From assembly GCF_006345805.1 (NCBI RefSeq), contig NC_042997.1:103168001-103232000 (forward strand): a stretch of 64,000 bases of DNA. The letters are read 5' to 3'. How positions within the stretch are numbered: position 1 is the stretch's first letter; every line of letters begins with the position of its first letter. The stretch is from Octopus sinensis. Its lineage: Eukaryota. Under the pieces are notes generated by a model. The model saw only the letters and a list, made by a program, of their open reading frames with translations. It was not told the DNA's origin and did no database searches. This document shows positions 24,590-39,364 of this stretch, in pieces. The position numbers were made by a program, and so were the translations under genes.

Positions 24590-24935
24590 TTTACCATTTT
24601 ATCTTTTACTTGTTTTAGTCATTCGACAGCGGCCATGCTGGGGCACTGCCTTGAGGATTTTTTGCCGAATGAATCGACTCCTTTTTGTTAAGCCTAGTAC
24701 TTATTCTTTCGGTTTTTTGCCGAACCGCTAAGTTACGGGGACGCAAACGCACCAACACCGGTTGTTAAGCGGTACTGGGGGACAAACACAGACACAAAGA
24801 CACACGCACACACAGACGCACGCACACACACACACACGCACACACACACATACATATATATATAAATATATAGCTATATATATATACGACAGGTTTCTTT
24901 CAGTTTCCGTCTATCAAATCCACTCACAATGCTAT
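24590..24935 (-). mobile_element. SINE family A, head-truncated
   Basis: TTTTACTTGTTTTAGTCATT...GAACCGCTAAGTTACGGGGACG...CTTTCAGTTTCCGTCTATCAAATCCACTCACAA. Confidence 0.85.
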
Positions 24936-25974
24936 GGACGGCTATATCTTTCCCTATTAAAATAAAACCAAAGTCTAGAAAATAAGTTCCAGTGGAATAT
25001 TTCCATACAGTCATTCGATTATAAGCGTCGGCAACAAATGTGCCAATGTACAAAACAGTCGCTAAAAATGTGAAAACTTGCTCTAAAGTATAGCTTTACT
25101 ATTCACTCTTTAGAGGTTGATAAATGTATCAGTGATTAACTGGTGACGATTCTATATACCCGTCTTCTGTAAATACATGATATTCGTTGCAATATGGGAA
25201 AATATAATTAGATGTTAAATGAGTTAGATAAGATAGAGACAAAACATAGTGTGAGCTAAGCTATTGAATTAAGAATAAATTTATCTTTTTTCGTTACACA
25301 AATGAGATATAGAATATCACTTAATCTGTTTTAATGTCATTATAAAGGACAGGAAAGGCTAAAGTTACTCTTAGTACAGATCGTATTGAAAATCAGTAAG
25401 AAAATATATATTATTTCTGTAAGGAAGTAATGAATATAGGGACATAAGTAATCAACAATAATGCACTTCTTTTCGTTGTTCTATGCAAGCTAGTCTAATG
25501 GATAGGAAAAACTAAAGACTATATAGCTGGATCATTGGATTGATCAATTTGTATTTTAAATCGAACAATACTGAATAGAACAATAGTATAAAACAAAATA
25601 GACTACCAAAGCTCTATTCATTTCGCAACAAAAGCGAACAGTAACGATATATTGAATATTTCCAAAACAGGTTTAATGAAGGAAATATCAGTAGATTGCC
25701 TGATACAATTATATATTTTTATATCAGTATCGAAAACAATGGATATCGTTATATGTATTCAAAACTCTAAACGGATTTGGGGGACCAAATTAAAATGGCA
25801 ATAAAATTTTAAGTTCCAATTTTAGCTTTTTAAATTGATTTTAATAAAATTGTTGGTTTTATTTTTCATTTTGAAAACCACATTTGCTCAGAATCTACTG
25901 ATCTCTCTGCCCCCTCTCTCTCTGTATCTCTCTCTGTCTATCTATCTTTCTCTTTTTCCCCTCTCACTTCAGCC

Positions 25975-26225
25975 ACCGTTCGGTGCGATCACCTCCCTTT
26001 TATACTTGAAATCCACTGTGCCGCCGGTATAGACCCTTGCTTGGAGAGTCAGCAGTTGTAAACTACATTTTTGCATAGACAAAAACCTCTAAGAGAGCAG
26101 AGTTGAGACAGCTGGCAATTGTAGGTTTTCCTGCCTGCCCTACAGTTGGTGTTTAACACTGGGATGGTTAGGTTCTTATGGTTCGTTACCAGTAAGGAAC
26201 TGGAGGTATCATCAGTACCATATAT
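25975..26225 (-). pseudogene. Penelope-like GIY-YIG endonuclease remnant
   Basis: Minus strand gives NCRAG...LCSLRGFCLCKNVVYNC then, frameshifted, RVYTGGTVDFK, matching the PLE pattern CNC..CPL.G.CL...VVY.C..Y.G.T..FK.R. Confidence 0.55.
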
Positions 26226-26249
26226 ACATACATACTTACGTACGTACGT

Positions 26250-27278
26250 ATGTATGTATGTATGTATGTATGTATGTATGTATGTATGTATGTATGTATG
26301 TATGTATGTATGTATACATGCATGCATGTATGTATGTATGTCATTATTCAGTTTTATTTCAAGATTTCTTGCCAATAGAGAAAGAATCGGTTTCTAACCT
26401 AGATCCAAGGCTCCTTCATTGGAATTTCAGCATCAACAACAGGGTATTTTTGTATTTATGTATGTATACGTGCATATTTGTATGTCTTCTCATGCATATA
26501 CTTGCATATCTAGACATTCTCATATATACTTAAGTGATAAACTTAAGTTTTATAGATTTTTATAGTTCCTGTGATGGATTGGATCTGTCGACTATCTTCT
26601 TTATAGTTTCGAGAAGCCTAATTTTTCAAGATTGATATTTAGGCAGTTGGTATGTATGTATGTATGTATGTATGTATGTATGTATGTATGTATGTATGTA
26701 TGTGTGTATGTATGTGTGTATGTATGTGTGTATGTATGTGTGTATGTATGTGTGTATGTATGTATGTATGTATGTATGTATGTATGTATGTATGTATGTA
26801 TACATGCATGCATGTATGTATGTATGTCATTATTCAGTTTTATTTCAAGATTTCTTGCCAATAGAGAAAGAATCGATTTCTAACCTAGATCCAAAGCTCC
26901 TTCATTGGAATTTCAGCATCAACAGGGTATTTTTGTATTTATGTATGTATACGTGCATATTTGTATGTCTTCTCATGCATATACTTGCATATCTAGACAT
27001 TCTCATATATACTTAAGTGATAAACTTAAGTTTTATAGATTTTTATAGTTCCTGTGATGGATTGGATCTGTCGACTATCTTCTTTATAGTTTCGAGAAGC
27101 CTAATTTTTCAAGATTGATATTTAGGCAGTTGGTATGTATGTATGTAATGTATGTATGTATGTGTATGTATGTATGTATGTATGTATGTATGTGTGTGTA
27201 TGTATGTGTGTATGTATGTGTGTATGTATGTGTGTATGTATGTGTGTATGTATGTATGTATGTATGTATGTATGTATG

Positions 27279-27310
<32 letters not shown>

Positions 27311-27350
27311 TGTATGTATGTATGTATGTATGTATGTATGTACGTACGTA
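26250..27350. repeat. Tandem duplication with 486-bp period bounded by (GTAT)n tracts
   Basis: TCATTATTCAG starts at 26341 and 26827. The non-microsatellite cores (about 310 bp) differ by two substitutions and a 3-bp indel by eye. Three (GTAT)n blocks. Confidence 0.92.
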
Positions 27351-29439
27351 TAAACATTGCCAAAACTTAATCATAGAAACAACTTTTCATTTTCAGGACT
27401 AGGAAATAATTCAGCTCTGAAATGGTGGTGATTCTCAGCGAAATTGAAATTCATTTTGAATTGGAGAACTCGCAAAGCTATGGTGATGTTGCTAATTCAC
27501 GTTGAAACACCCTTGACTGTATGCTAAACAATGTAATTTGTCTGGTTTCAAATATTATAGAAATTTTTTATTCACTGCATTGACACAAAACCACACATTG
27601 TAAGAGAGAAACAACTCTTGACTTCTGCTTTTATTCACAACAGCGGCAAAGTCAGCTCGGCAGTCTTTGGATTCAGAATATAACTGCATTAATGTTCTCT
27701 GCTGAGTTTTCAATTCACTGTCCTTATAAAATGCTTAATAACAAAATTCTACCGATAGTTGGCTATACATTTAGCTAACATTCCTCTTCCCTGTGCGAAC
27801 TACGAAAAACAGAAATTAACATTAATTAACACTGCGAATTACGCTAACATTAATTAACGTTAAATACCACTATGCAGAAGAGTAATTAAGTATACGCTTT
27901 ATTTGGTGATAAAATTTTGCTGGAGTTGTATGTATTTGATATATACCATGTATTAATTGAAGCTAGAGGAATAAAACTAAAACCGATCCAGGCATGACTT
28001 GAATTTAGATCATTAAGAATAAGACTAAATAATAAGTATTTACTCTGGTAACTTAAATCATCGTTTCTACTTCTTAATATTACCAGACATTTATATAACA
28101 ACTCACTGACTGCAAATTGTAAAATCATAAACATGGTTTATAGAAAGAATAATAAATAGAAATGTAATAAATCTTGCTACAGAAACTACCGTGACAAATA
28201 ATATTATATACTACGTACTATGAAATATATGTTAGATTTCTTTCATATACTTTCTTTCCTATTCCCGAGTATATATAATAATAGCGAAGTCGGTGGCCAA
28301 TCCTAAATATATCTATTACCTGTTGGAGCGACACAAATTGTGAGGTAATGATTAAGAAACGAATGAAAAACGATAAAACTTTAGTATTAAATGTTAGATA
28401 TCCAGTTATCCACCAGAAAAAATTTAGTCTGGCTGTAATTTTGAGAGAGAGAGGGGAAAGAGAAAGAGAGAGGGGAGACAGAGAATGGGAGAGGGGAGAA
28501 AGAGAATATGAAGTTTAAAATCGTACATCCAGTCTAACTAAAGTGGCGACTTAGCAAAGCCTTTAAAGCGTGGTACACACTTCCACACAGTATTCATTCT
28601 GATGCTTAGTTTAAATTGAGTTTAAATCCGAGCTTAACATTTTATCTTTTAAGGGGTTAATAAAAATGGTATCAATCTAGAGCGCTAGAATTGCGGAACA
28701 ATACGAAATTCGAATGTTTTGCGGTATTTGGGTATTTACTCCAGCTCTTTGCGTTCTAAGTACACATTCTCCCATGGTGTCCTTGGCTGGTACGTTTAAT
28801 CTATCAGTCCGTTTAACACCACAATTTGCAACTTTGGGTGTTCGTATCAGAGTTCACTCTGTTATAACTAATTGGAATTGGTCTCGAGTTTGAGGATACC
28901 TTACCCCTTCAATTCTACCAGTCTAGGAGGATTGTTAAAGGCCACAGTCACTGACTTCATTCCTGGTTGAAAAATGAAAAGTAAATATTAAAGACCTTGA
29001 TCTTACTCGCTATATCATGTTTTCGTTGCCCAGATAATATAATCGTACGTAATTATCAGATATTTATTTCTCGCTGACTGCAATTTAACAAAAAATATAT
29101 GATAACGATATGATGTTTCATAATAGGCATAACAAGCAATTCTTTAATTTTTAATGGTTAAGAATACATAAAGGTAATATTACTGCAGAATTACAGAAGC
29201 GGAACAGGATAATAGTTATAACCACGTCATAAATTGATCCCATTAACCGACCGAGCGAAAGATAGTTGCAATATATAGTGACCTCAATCTTTTGTGAATA
29301 AATCGAGCATTTTAAAATTCTATTTACAGCATATTTGTACTGGAAGAAAAGAAAATGCGTTAAAGTATAAAATAACAAATTATAGATAAAAAAAACACCC
29401 CTACGCCATCAGGGTAACAAAGAAAAATGAAAAAGAAGG

Positions 29440-31430
29440 GGCATTAAATAGCAAATGGATACTCCTGGGAAAATGATGTGTTTAACTGTGTATCGCGGAC
29501 ATGATTGCCATCTCTAAGGTCAAGACCTATTGGCACCAGTTGTGACGAGAAAGCAGCCGATTCGAGGCCCCTTCTATTTATGTCATTCAGACTAGCGTGT
29601 CGCGAGGACCAGGCCAGCCCTATGGCTGCAGGATAATGAATGCAGATCAAATTCATCGACTACCGCTCCACGACGACATTTGTGCGGCTCACACATATGG
29701 AGACCAAGGCGCTTGGCCACTCGGATACAAGTACACTCATCATCAAGAAGGGTACTGTTTGAAAAGGAGGGCACGAAATGGATCCCTGCGCCTTCTTGGT
29801 TGTGAAGCAAAACTGAGGAAGGCGACGCTGTGCTGATCTAAGTATGTCTCATTCCGTCTGAATACAAATTTTATTTGATATCGTCCCAATAACATTAGAC
29901 ATCTGTATTCTGGGGAACGGCAAGGCCTTCAACGGTATCATCAGCTTGAGCTGTCTCTGAATCCTGGGCCACATCGAGTTCAGCGACCTCGCGAAGTATC
30001 TCGCCGATGAGGGTGTGGATGAAGGATATTGGGGAAAGATAAACCAGCAGAGCTAGGTCCAATGCGGAACGTAGGCCAATGACACCGGATTTAACTGGTA
30101 GTTTAGTCTGTTGCCAGCCGGTACTGTCAATCCTGACATTGCACATCATTTCAGTTTAGAGAGGACGATATGGCGCACTGCGTAGTGAGAAAAGAATCTT
30201 AGGCAGGGAAAAGCAATTCCTCAAGAGTTTGAGTGCTGGGTGCATGTCAATGAGGTTCAATCTCTCAGTCGTGCCAGACAAGTCCTCAAGCTTGGTCTCT
30301 TGACACTCTGTTATGGCTTTTAAAAGGATTGAGAGCCAAGAATGCTAACAGCGTCCTTTGGTGTCAGCCAAGCCCCCGCCCCAAGAAATTTAGCCTCATC
30401 ATAGCTCATGTCTATATCATCTCTGGCTTGGACGGGTTGATCTCAAGCCCAAGAAGCTTTAGGGCTGGGATGACCTGCTGAAGTTGCCCAAATAGATTCA
30501 GCCAAGCCATCCGGGGTTGCGCCATCCAGATACCAGATACTGAAAGTGGAGGTGGGGGCGGACTGATCGGACTACATCATCGACAGCGAACGCAAAAATG
30601 AAGCGGACCAATAAAGTCACCCAGTTGGATATCTGTGGAAGAAATGATCCTGTTGTCAGTAACCATGTGTGTGCTGGATGTTCCATAGAAGAGGTATGCA
30701 TATGGGTGTAATGAGGGAGCACGTCTTAGATACATCTCCAAGATGTGGTCCCACCTAACATTGTTGAAGGCGTTTTTTTTTATATCCAGCTTCGACAGGG
30801 GTAAGGTGACGATGGAGATGTATGCTGTATGTAGTGTCAGGCCGCATGGACTGAAACTACACTTACACACTTCACTCCAAGCCTCAACTGGATAGGGTTT
30901 AGTGCCTCGATCAAGTCATTCCTCATTGAACTACATGCTATCCTGGATTCAAGTCATCGAAAGGCGTTGTCCACTCCTATTTGAAGGATGCCTTAATCCT
31001 TCTTCTTCAACGCAATCAGAAATGGCAGAAGAAGCTCGCACGAAGAAGACTATCTGTTAGAGCAGTGTTATAGATCGCAGCAAACGTGCTCCCGCCTCGG
31101 AGGAGTGTGAAAAGATGAAATCTCTGAGGTGGCTGTGTTTCAGACAATCTACTCCACCATTGCAACTCACAGGAAGGGACCTCAAGGCAGTAGCCACATC
31201 ATCGCTGAATGCGGTCAAATTTTTGTTACTGTTAGGGCGCCGGTGGGCAGTTTGAGAAAAGCGAGAGTCTAGTTGGTGAGGGGTTTCCGCCCGAAGTTTT
31301 GAGAGGGTGGCAACTCTGGCAGTGACATCGATGCAGGGATTCCAAAGTGTGTCTAGTGAGTTTGACACAAGAGAAGTAGAAGAAATTGGTACAGTTAGAC
31401 CACTTCTTTTCTTCCGCCAATTGTTCGTGG
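29440..31430 (-). mobile_element. Degenerate CRE-clade non-LTR retrotransposon (RT plus Zn finger and start of restriction-like endonuclease)
   Basis: KLDIKKNAFNNVRWD, SSTDIQLGDFIGPLHFC, WQQTKLPVKSGVIGLRSA, RLGLHMCEPHKCRRGAVVDEFDLHSLSC, and RHASLNDINRRGLESA..PIGLDLRDG are CRE-type motifs. Confidence 0.8.
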
Positions 31431-31482
31431 TATAGGTGTGGCATTATTCAGTCTCCTGCTTTGCGAAAGGCTGGGAAGAGGA

Positions 31483-31699
31483 TGTACGTAGAAGATGCTT
31501 GAGCATAACCAGAACAATGTTTATACATACTAACATACATACATACATACATACATACATACATACATACATACATACATACATCACTCGAAGCAACAAA
31601 CCGCATATTTGGCGTGAGAGGCTATTTATCGAAAATATATACTATTAGGGAGTATAACTCCAAACTTACATATTTGCATAATAGTGGTTTTATCTCTAA

Positions 31700-31758
<59 letters not shown>

Positions 31759-31866
31759 GATAGATACATAGATACATATATATATACATACATATATATA
31801 CATATATATACATATATATACATACATACATGTATATATACATGCATATATATACATACATACATG

Positions 31867-31943
<77 letters not shown>

Positions 31944-32100
31944 CATATATACATTCATACATACATACATACATATATATATATATTTATATATACCATG
32001 TATGTATTTGCTATCCCTTCTTTCCTGAGCGTCCAATAATACTTTATTTGTTCCACGTCCTTGCGTTGTTGTTTTTTTGTTTTTGTTTTCTTGTTTGGAT

Positions 32101-32141
<41 letters not shown>

Positions 32142-33293
32142 TCCTCCACGTGAAAAAATGTATTGTTCGGATTTTCTAAATATGGCTTTTCAGTGTGATT
32201 CCCATATTACATTACTATACACAATGATTGATTACTATGTAAATTCACAGCTGATTCCGATAGCGAGTTTACTGTGAAAACTATGATTCTGTGAATCCAT
32301 ATTTTCAACTACTCTTCTACATTTGCATATACGCGTGCGTGCACACACATACTCGCACACATACACATACCTATATGGTTAAGTCCTTTGAATTGCCGTC
32401 CTCTCTACACAGCTGGTGTGCTGCCATGGAAAGTGATAACCTAAAGAAATATTTGCATTTTAGCTCATTTGTTTGTGCTTACTATAAGCACAAATACTCG
32501 AGTCCTTTTTGCATACTGTAAACTATACTATCAAGAATGAAATCTGCACTCATCAACGGTACACGCGTTCGTGGAATACTTAGATAACTCTCACACTAAT
32601 TGAACGAGCAGGTTGTCCACTTGCACGAATTATGTGCCTCTTAAACTTTTGAAAAAAAACAAAAAAACTCATACATATACAGACACACATTCACTGACAC
32701 AAGCACACATACACATACACACACATTAATATGCACTTATGTATGAATGGGTGGACGGTTCGATATGTAAGTGGTAGGATGATGGACGGATGAATGACTA
32801 TGAAAATACGAAAAAAGAGATCCAAAGAAACAGTTGAGACTGTTCTTACTTCTAAATAAATAAACCTTCACGTAAAATTACATGCTCATTATTTATTATT
32901 AGTTTATAGATACATAAATTCTAATCTTTCTCAGTTTTTCGTACCTGAAATTTGCACAATATTTGCATACATACATACATACATACATACATACATACAT
33001 ACATACATACATACATGCTTAGTGGCATTTCGTCTGCCGCTACGTTCTGAGTTCAAATTCTGCCGAGGTCGGCTTTGCCTTTCATCCTTTCTGGGTCGAT
33101 AAATTAAGTACCAGTTATGCACTGGGGTCGATGTAATCGACTTAATCCCTTTGTGTGTCCTTGTTTGTCCCCTCTATGTTTAGCCCCTTGTGGGCAATAA
33201 AGAAATAAGAAACAAAAATATTCCTGTTTTGCATTAATGTTATAGCGTACTATATTTCTCTCCTCTTCTTTTTCAATATATATAAATATATTT

Positions 33294-33324
<31 letters not shown>

Positions 33325-33338
33325 GAGAGAGAGAAAGA

Positions 33339-33386
<48 letters not shown>

Positions 33387-34176
33387 CTATCGCACACATG
33401 CACATTATAATGATTTTAAATTTAGTACATAGCCACCAATTTCGAGGGAGGAAGTCACTCACATAGATTCCAGTGTTCAAATTGCTACTTATTTTAAGGA
33501 ATTGTCTATTTTATCGACCTTGAGTGAGTGAATGGCAAAATCAACCTTGGCGCTAACTGAACTCAGAACGTAAAGACGGACGAAATACCTATTTCTTTAT
33601 TGCCCTCAAGGGGCTAAACAGAGAGGGGACAAACAAGGACAGACAAAGGGATTAAGTCCATTACATCGACTCCAGTGCGTAACTGGTACTTTATTTATCG
33701 ACCCCGAAAGGATGAAAGGTGAAGTCGCCCTCGGCAGAATTTGAACTCAGAACGTAACGGCAGACGAAATACCACTAAGCATTTTGCCCAGCGTGCTAAC
33801 GATTCTGCCTGTTCACGACCTTAAACATACATTATAGTGACTTTTAAAATGAAATATAAAAAAACTATGACCCAACTTTGTAGCAGAAGCAAATTTGTTT
33901 AAAATTTGGTATTTACTAAGGTTTTATATTCTTCAATTAAGGGTCATGGCTTAGTGGTTGCTGGTATTCGGCTCACGATCGTAAAGTCGTGTTTGATTCC
34001 TGGTGGTGCGTTGTGTACGTAGAAGATGCTTGAGCATAACCAGAACAATGTTTATACATACTAACATACATACATACATACATACATACATACATACATA
34101 CATACATACATACATACATACATCACTCGAAGCAACAAACCGCAGATTTGGCGTGAGAGGCTATTTATCGAAAATA
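31483..34176. other. About 155-bp duplication flanking a 2.4-kb two-template inverted insertion
   Basis: 31483-31637 matches 34014-34176. 31642-33014 = reverse complement of about 45845-47169. 33015-34016 = reverse complement of 40167-41141. Confidence 0.92.
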
Positions 34177-36199
34177 CGATGAATGCTATCTCCAACTTTG
34201 GAGATACAACTATCAGTCCTGCTTAATAACTGGTTAATCTTCAGACGAATTAACTGAGGAAATCTTTTATTCAAGATCGTAGTGATTTTCGACTGAAACT
34301 TGACTTTAGAATGGCTGGACATGACATCAACAGCAGAACTGAGGAACAGAACGAAAACAACATCGTAGAAAGTAAACAGATTCTTTCTAGCTTCAGTTAT
34401 GGAAGACCTTCATAATGCTAGATAAACTTGTTTACTGATATATGAAGTAATACATATAGAGGAATGACTGTTGACTCCCTTGGTATTGTTATAAAAGATA
34501 ATATCGTTTTGCCCATGATGTGTCGTGCATGGCCACTAAAAATGCATATGTTGACCCCCCACACCGCCTACAAATGGGTTGTAACATCCCTGTTGGCATA
34601 GATTACTTGAGTTCAGTTAGAAAAGAATGTATGGAACAACTCTCTAGAAAGTATTCCATGTATAATTGGTTAAAGTACAATTTAAGGAAAACAGCTATTA
34701 ATGAATAATTATGATAACCAAAATCATTTTTCTACCTTATATTTCTAGCTAACCTCGGAAAAGCAGAACACATGTAAAAGCTAATAACAACAAATGTTCA
34801 AAAATTGTCAATTGAATCGATCATCGTACTTAACTGACACTTATTTTATTGAAACTGAAAAAAATGAAAGATAAAATCTACCAGCATGGCGAGTTTTTAA
34901 CTCAGAACATAAAGATAAGTCATTAAATGCTTCAATGTTTTGTATTCAATAATTTTATTTTAATCGCCTTGTTCACGTCTTTGTTCAGCAGTGCGACTTC
35001 TCTCCGGTTCACACATTGGGACTGCTTCAAAACAGCTGACATTTGTGGTACACGGCAACCGAATTATGAACGAATGGAGTGGCATATTTAATCTAAGTTC
35101 AGAAAGACGACACTAGTCACGCGTCGCCGTTTAGAATCTCCTTTACTTCATATATCTTATCAGTCTTTAGCACCACTTTGCTTCTCTGTGAGTAATGAGA
35201 GAAGTTCGTGATAACATCCGATCATAAATCTCGTACTCAGCGGGAATGAAAGCGAATAATTATGTGCGGAAAACATATTTTCGCTAATGTTTATAACAGT
35301 TAAGTCAAGAGAACAGGGGTCATTCAGCAAACGACTTTGATTTTTAGAAACGCTCCAAACCACGTTTAGTTTTGCCACTGTTGTCAACGATAGTTGCTCA
35401 CCTCTTTCGTTTTACTGGTGTTGCTACCGTTGCTATTCTTACTTGTGGACTCGACAGAATCAGTCCATTGTTGCTACGGCTTTCGCAATTGCTACTTACC
35501 TGATAGAGACAAAAACTGCTAACCATAATGTTAACCCAATGAGTCTCTTCCACTTAACTCGCTATCTTATCGTTAATGTGTGAACTTTATATTAGTTTTC
35601 TTACTGCTGAGATAATCCAAACTGATGAAAAGTAAAAGAAAAATACACATGGTCTTCCTTATTTTACACTGGACGTGTAAGATAATAATTTATAAGGTAG
35701 GTTCACTCAAAGTAAAGATTACAGATGATTAAATCGATGCAATCATTTTGCTGGTGGAATATAAACTCAGGATATAAAGACAAGTAACTTTTCAAGGAAT
35801 TTTCTTCGGCATTATTCTGCTTGTGCCATTCACCTAAAAGAACCGACAAACAATACTACTATTTATCTATTTAATTGCCAGCTAAGCTAGAAGCCCTTAA
35901 CTATTGGAAGACAGAATCAAAACTCTGACCATCCTTCCTTCCACATACCTTCTTTCTACTTTAATCCCTTGGTGAAACTGAAGTTCTTGTCTAAACTAGA
36001 ATTATTACTCATCCTACTTTTCTGAAAATAGGCTTTATTTGTCACTTCAAGTGGTACTTAAAAACGTTAATGATCAAGGAGAACAAAACTATTTTCAGTA
36101 ACTTTTGGTAACCCTGTAACCACCGAGCGTAAGAGAATTACCTTGCATCTTTGTGAAAGGAAAACGACTTGGTGACATTCACAATGTATAGCAGGTTCT

Positions 36200-37030
36200 G
36201 ACCTACAAGAAGCAAAAGAACAATGGCTTAAATCTGGTTAGATATCGATTAGATCAAGGCTTGTCGGCCAGGATATCTCCGATAATTTGACATAGGCATT
36301 CGTCATCTTCACTACGTATTGTAAACATACCTTCCTCTCAGCCTGTCTCTGCATGAGATTAGCCACATTTCTCAAAAAACTTCTCTGTTTCCTCTGCAAC
36401 CTGAAGTCTGGAAAGAACCAGAGCCCAAGTATTTTACATTACGGTGATAACATAGGGTGGTGATGATTTCTCCTTCGAGAAACCAAGCTCTAATCTTTGT
36501 TCCATGGATATCCTCATATTTCTCTACTTTGATTTTTAATGGTGGTGTCATCCACGTATTCCACTCTCTTGTATTCCACTTCGATCGGAATTCCCTTCCG
36601 TTCATATTGCTTCCGTAGCAAGGACTAAAGATTTATAACGTAGAGAACCGTTGAGAAATCCTAAGCAGATTGAGCGGTCCCAGTAGGGAGCCTCTTAAGA
36701 TCCCCTAGCAGGTGTTGCTATAGAAGCGATCCAATCGCTGAAGTGACAGAAACTGGCTGCGCTTGGGGCAGCTGTTATGTCGTGGTGGTAATCGCTATAC
36801 TGATGCTGTCGAATGCTTTAGATTGATCAGTACACCCCTAAAGATATATCTACGTACACCCCTAAAGATATATCTACGTACACCTCTGTTTACTATATGA
36901 CGTATGAAGTGTAATTGGCAGGCTTAGCACAGGTCTGAGCGGTCACAAAACATAGCCAACCGCTCTGCTAGTGCCATGACTAGAATCTTTAACAACTTAA
37001 GTATCATTATTGGCCGGAAATGATCCCCCA
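36200..37030 (-). pseudogene. Highly degenerate L1/Tx1 reverse transcriptase remnant
   Basis: Minus-strand fragments HFRPIMIL, KILVMALAERLA, AQTCAKP, DQSKAFD, DWIASI and LVLATE occur in the expected order. Contains a 24-bp tandem duplication near 36831-36885. Confidence 0.55.
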
Positions 37031-37899
37031 TATTCTCTTTTTCTGTGTCCTTCTTCAGAAGTGCAGCTCGATATACTGCTACTTACAAATCAAGATGAAC
37101 TAGTTTGATGTGTTTAAATAATGCTCGCCTTCCTTATCAGAAAACAAAAGCCCTTGCACAAACACTCAACATCCCGTAACTAAAATGAAGCTGTTTAAGA
37201 TTTTGCAGTCTACTGCGTCCAGCATTCTCCTCAACAGGTTAGGGTAGAATGTGTTTCATTTTTAACACCTGTTAAAAGCTATTTATTAGTTATGTTGCTG
37301 GATTCATCAAAATTTTCAGTGTCTTCGTGTATTAACACATTATTAGCCTCGCAGATATAGCCAGGGGGTCTTTATAGATGCTAGCACGTAGGTTAATGGG
37401 GTATTTTTTCGTCAAGTATTCTTCTAGTCTACCTAGAAATCCACTCACTAAGTAAATGTTTACTAACACTAGGTATTTACTAAACCTAGACATTCTAATC
37501 TAATTTGTCTATTAACTTCATCCACCACACACTTTTTATGATGGTCCTTGCCGCTTAACATTTCATTAACTCGTTGTTTCAGCTATGGTAAACTTTCCAT
37601 GTTTGAAACAATGCGTTCAGCCTCCAGTATTGTAGCAACTCTGAGTTGACTGTACAGAACACAAACTTGTGGTGTGTGTACCTAAATATCCTCAAATGTC
37701 GGCACCCAATATCTGTTTTCACTACCCTAATAAATATCCAATCTGAATTTGAAATGCATTACTCACTGAAATTATACAAGTTCCCTTCAGTGCATTTGGA
37801 AAATCAATTAAATAGCAGTGAGGTATTTAGAACTGTTTGTGCAGTGTGGGAGGTTTTTACACTTTTCTCTTCTGCTATTGTCACACAAGTCAAGCTCTA

Positions 37900-38520
37900 G
37901 TACAACACAATGTCTTGGGAAATGTGCAGATGCCCAAATATGTCTGGCCGTTCGACCCAGAATATAGTTTAAACTACCACCAACGTTGAAAAATTACCCT
38001 AACAGCTGCTCATGTCGGCAACACATACTTGTATTGTGAATCCAAAAGAGTGTTAATTCGAGATCTAGGCCTTTCTGAAAAATTTTCACTTCACTCGATA
38101 CGAGCCGAATGAACGACTCCCCCAAAACGAGTGCAAATTCTTATTGGAAGCTTCACTCCCATTGATTGCTATCTAAATTCAATGACCTGAAATTAATCAG
38201 AAAGTTATCGTTCTCTCAGACCCTTAGTAAGCTTATCGATATTTCATCACTGCAGAAACCCATTATTGGTGAGGTAGTGAGAGAAAAAATCGCGTACTTG
38301 GTGATTTCGTGGCCACAAAATAGAGTTGGGTTGGTACCTTATCCATGCATAGTACACTCCGACTCACATGCAAAGGAAATAGCCACTTGCCTTCTGGTGG
38401 TTTGTGGTGAAATACTTTTATTCCCTTTCTCATCAGCACAATGCCGTTTGTCTTCTCTTTGATTATCACCTTCGTATTCAACGGAGACATATCCAAATGT
38501 GAGTGATCACGCCTTTGATT
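37900..38520 (-). pseudogene. Possible Ginger/KRBA2-like DDE integrase remnant
   Basis: Frameshifted fragments RRQVAI (like RGQVDL) and HEITKYAI (like DH.TK...L), a degenerate SDNGSEF.NK-encoding stretch, and VKI..RPR occur in the expected order. Confidence 0.35.
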
Positions 38521-39364
38521 GTGTTTGTTGGTACTATATTTTAGCAACACTGAAAGGGTGAAAGGTTAGGCTAATACGATAGGATTTGAACTCGGAAAGT
38601 AAGCAACCGAGGAGAAATGGTGTAAGTTTTTTTTTTTCAGACGCTTTACTGATGCGATCTACTCACCAACCTAGGAATAATAATGCTAATTAAAAATAAA
38701 AATAAAGAACTAAAAGTTTAAAACAATAGTGGAATAAATCGAACATAAAAGCTTCATATACCAAATCCTTTATCATTTATCGGTCTTACGTAATGATTTA
38801 TCAGCATAAGTAATTTAGGTTAGACAAAAATCAATATTACGTCAGGCAATAATATGCCCTTTCTCTTTGACATCTAACGTTTCATACATTTAACAAGGAT
38901 CCTATATTGTTTTCTTTACAGACTTCATGCAAATGCTATTCAGGATAACACTATCTACAAAGCATCTACTGATACTAATTTAAAATCGTTTATCAATAAT
39001 CACAAAAATACATAAGACGATCATCGACCTAGAAAAATATATCAGATGTCCTTTCGCTTCTAAAATTACCTCTGAGCCACGAAGCTCCTTGCCAAAAAAG
39101 TATTTTCTAAAATTTTAGAATCCTTTTACCTGTTATACTTTAGTCAGCATGTCTCTTTATGTAATACAGCATCAGATAAAACGAACCATTATATAGTTTT
39201 AAATTTCACTAAATACCTTCCGAACTCACAAGAATCATAAGCCATATATGCATGTATATATACATATATATACATATATATGTAGGTATGTACATATATG
39301 TATGTATATATGCATATTATTTTAATATATTACTTATATTATTATTATTATTACTATTATTATT

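Noticed and set aside
34980-35500. Relatively GC-balanced unique segment examined as a possible exon
   Set aside because: No recognisable protein motif or convincing splice pair in any frame.
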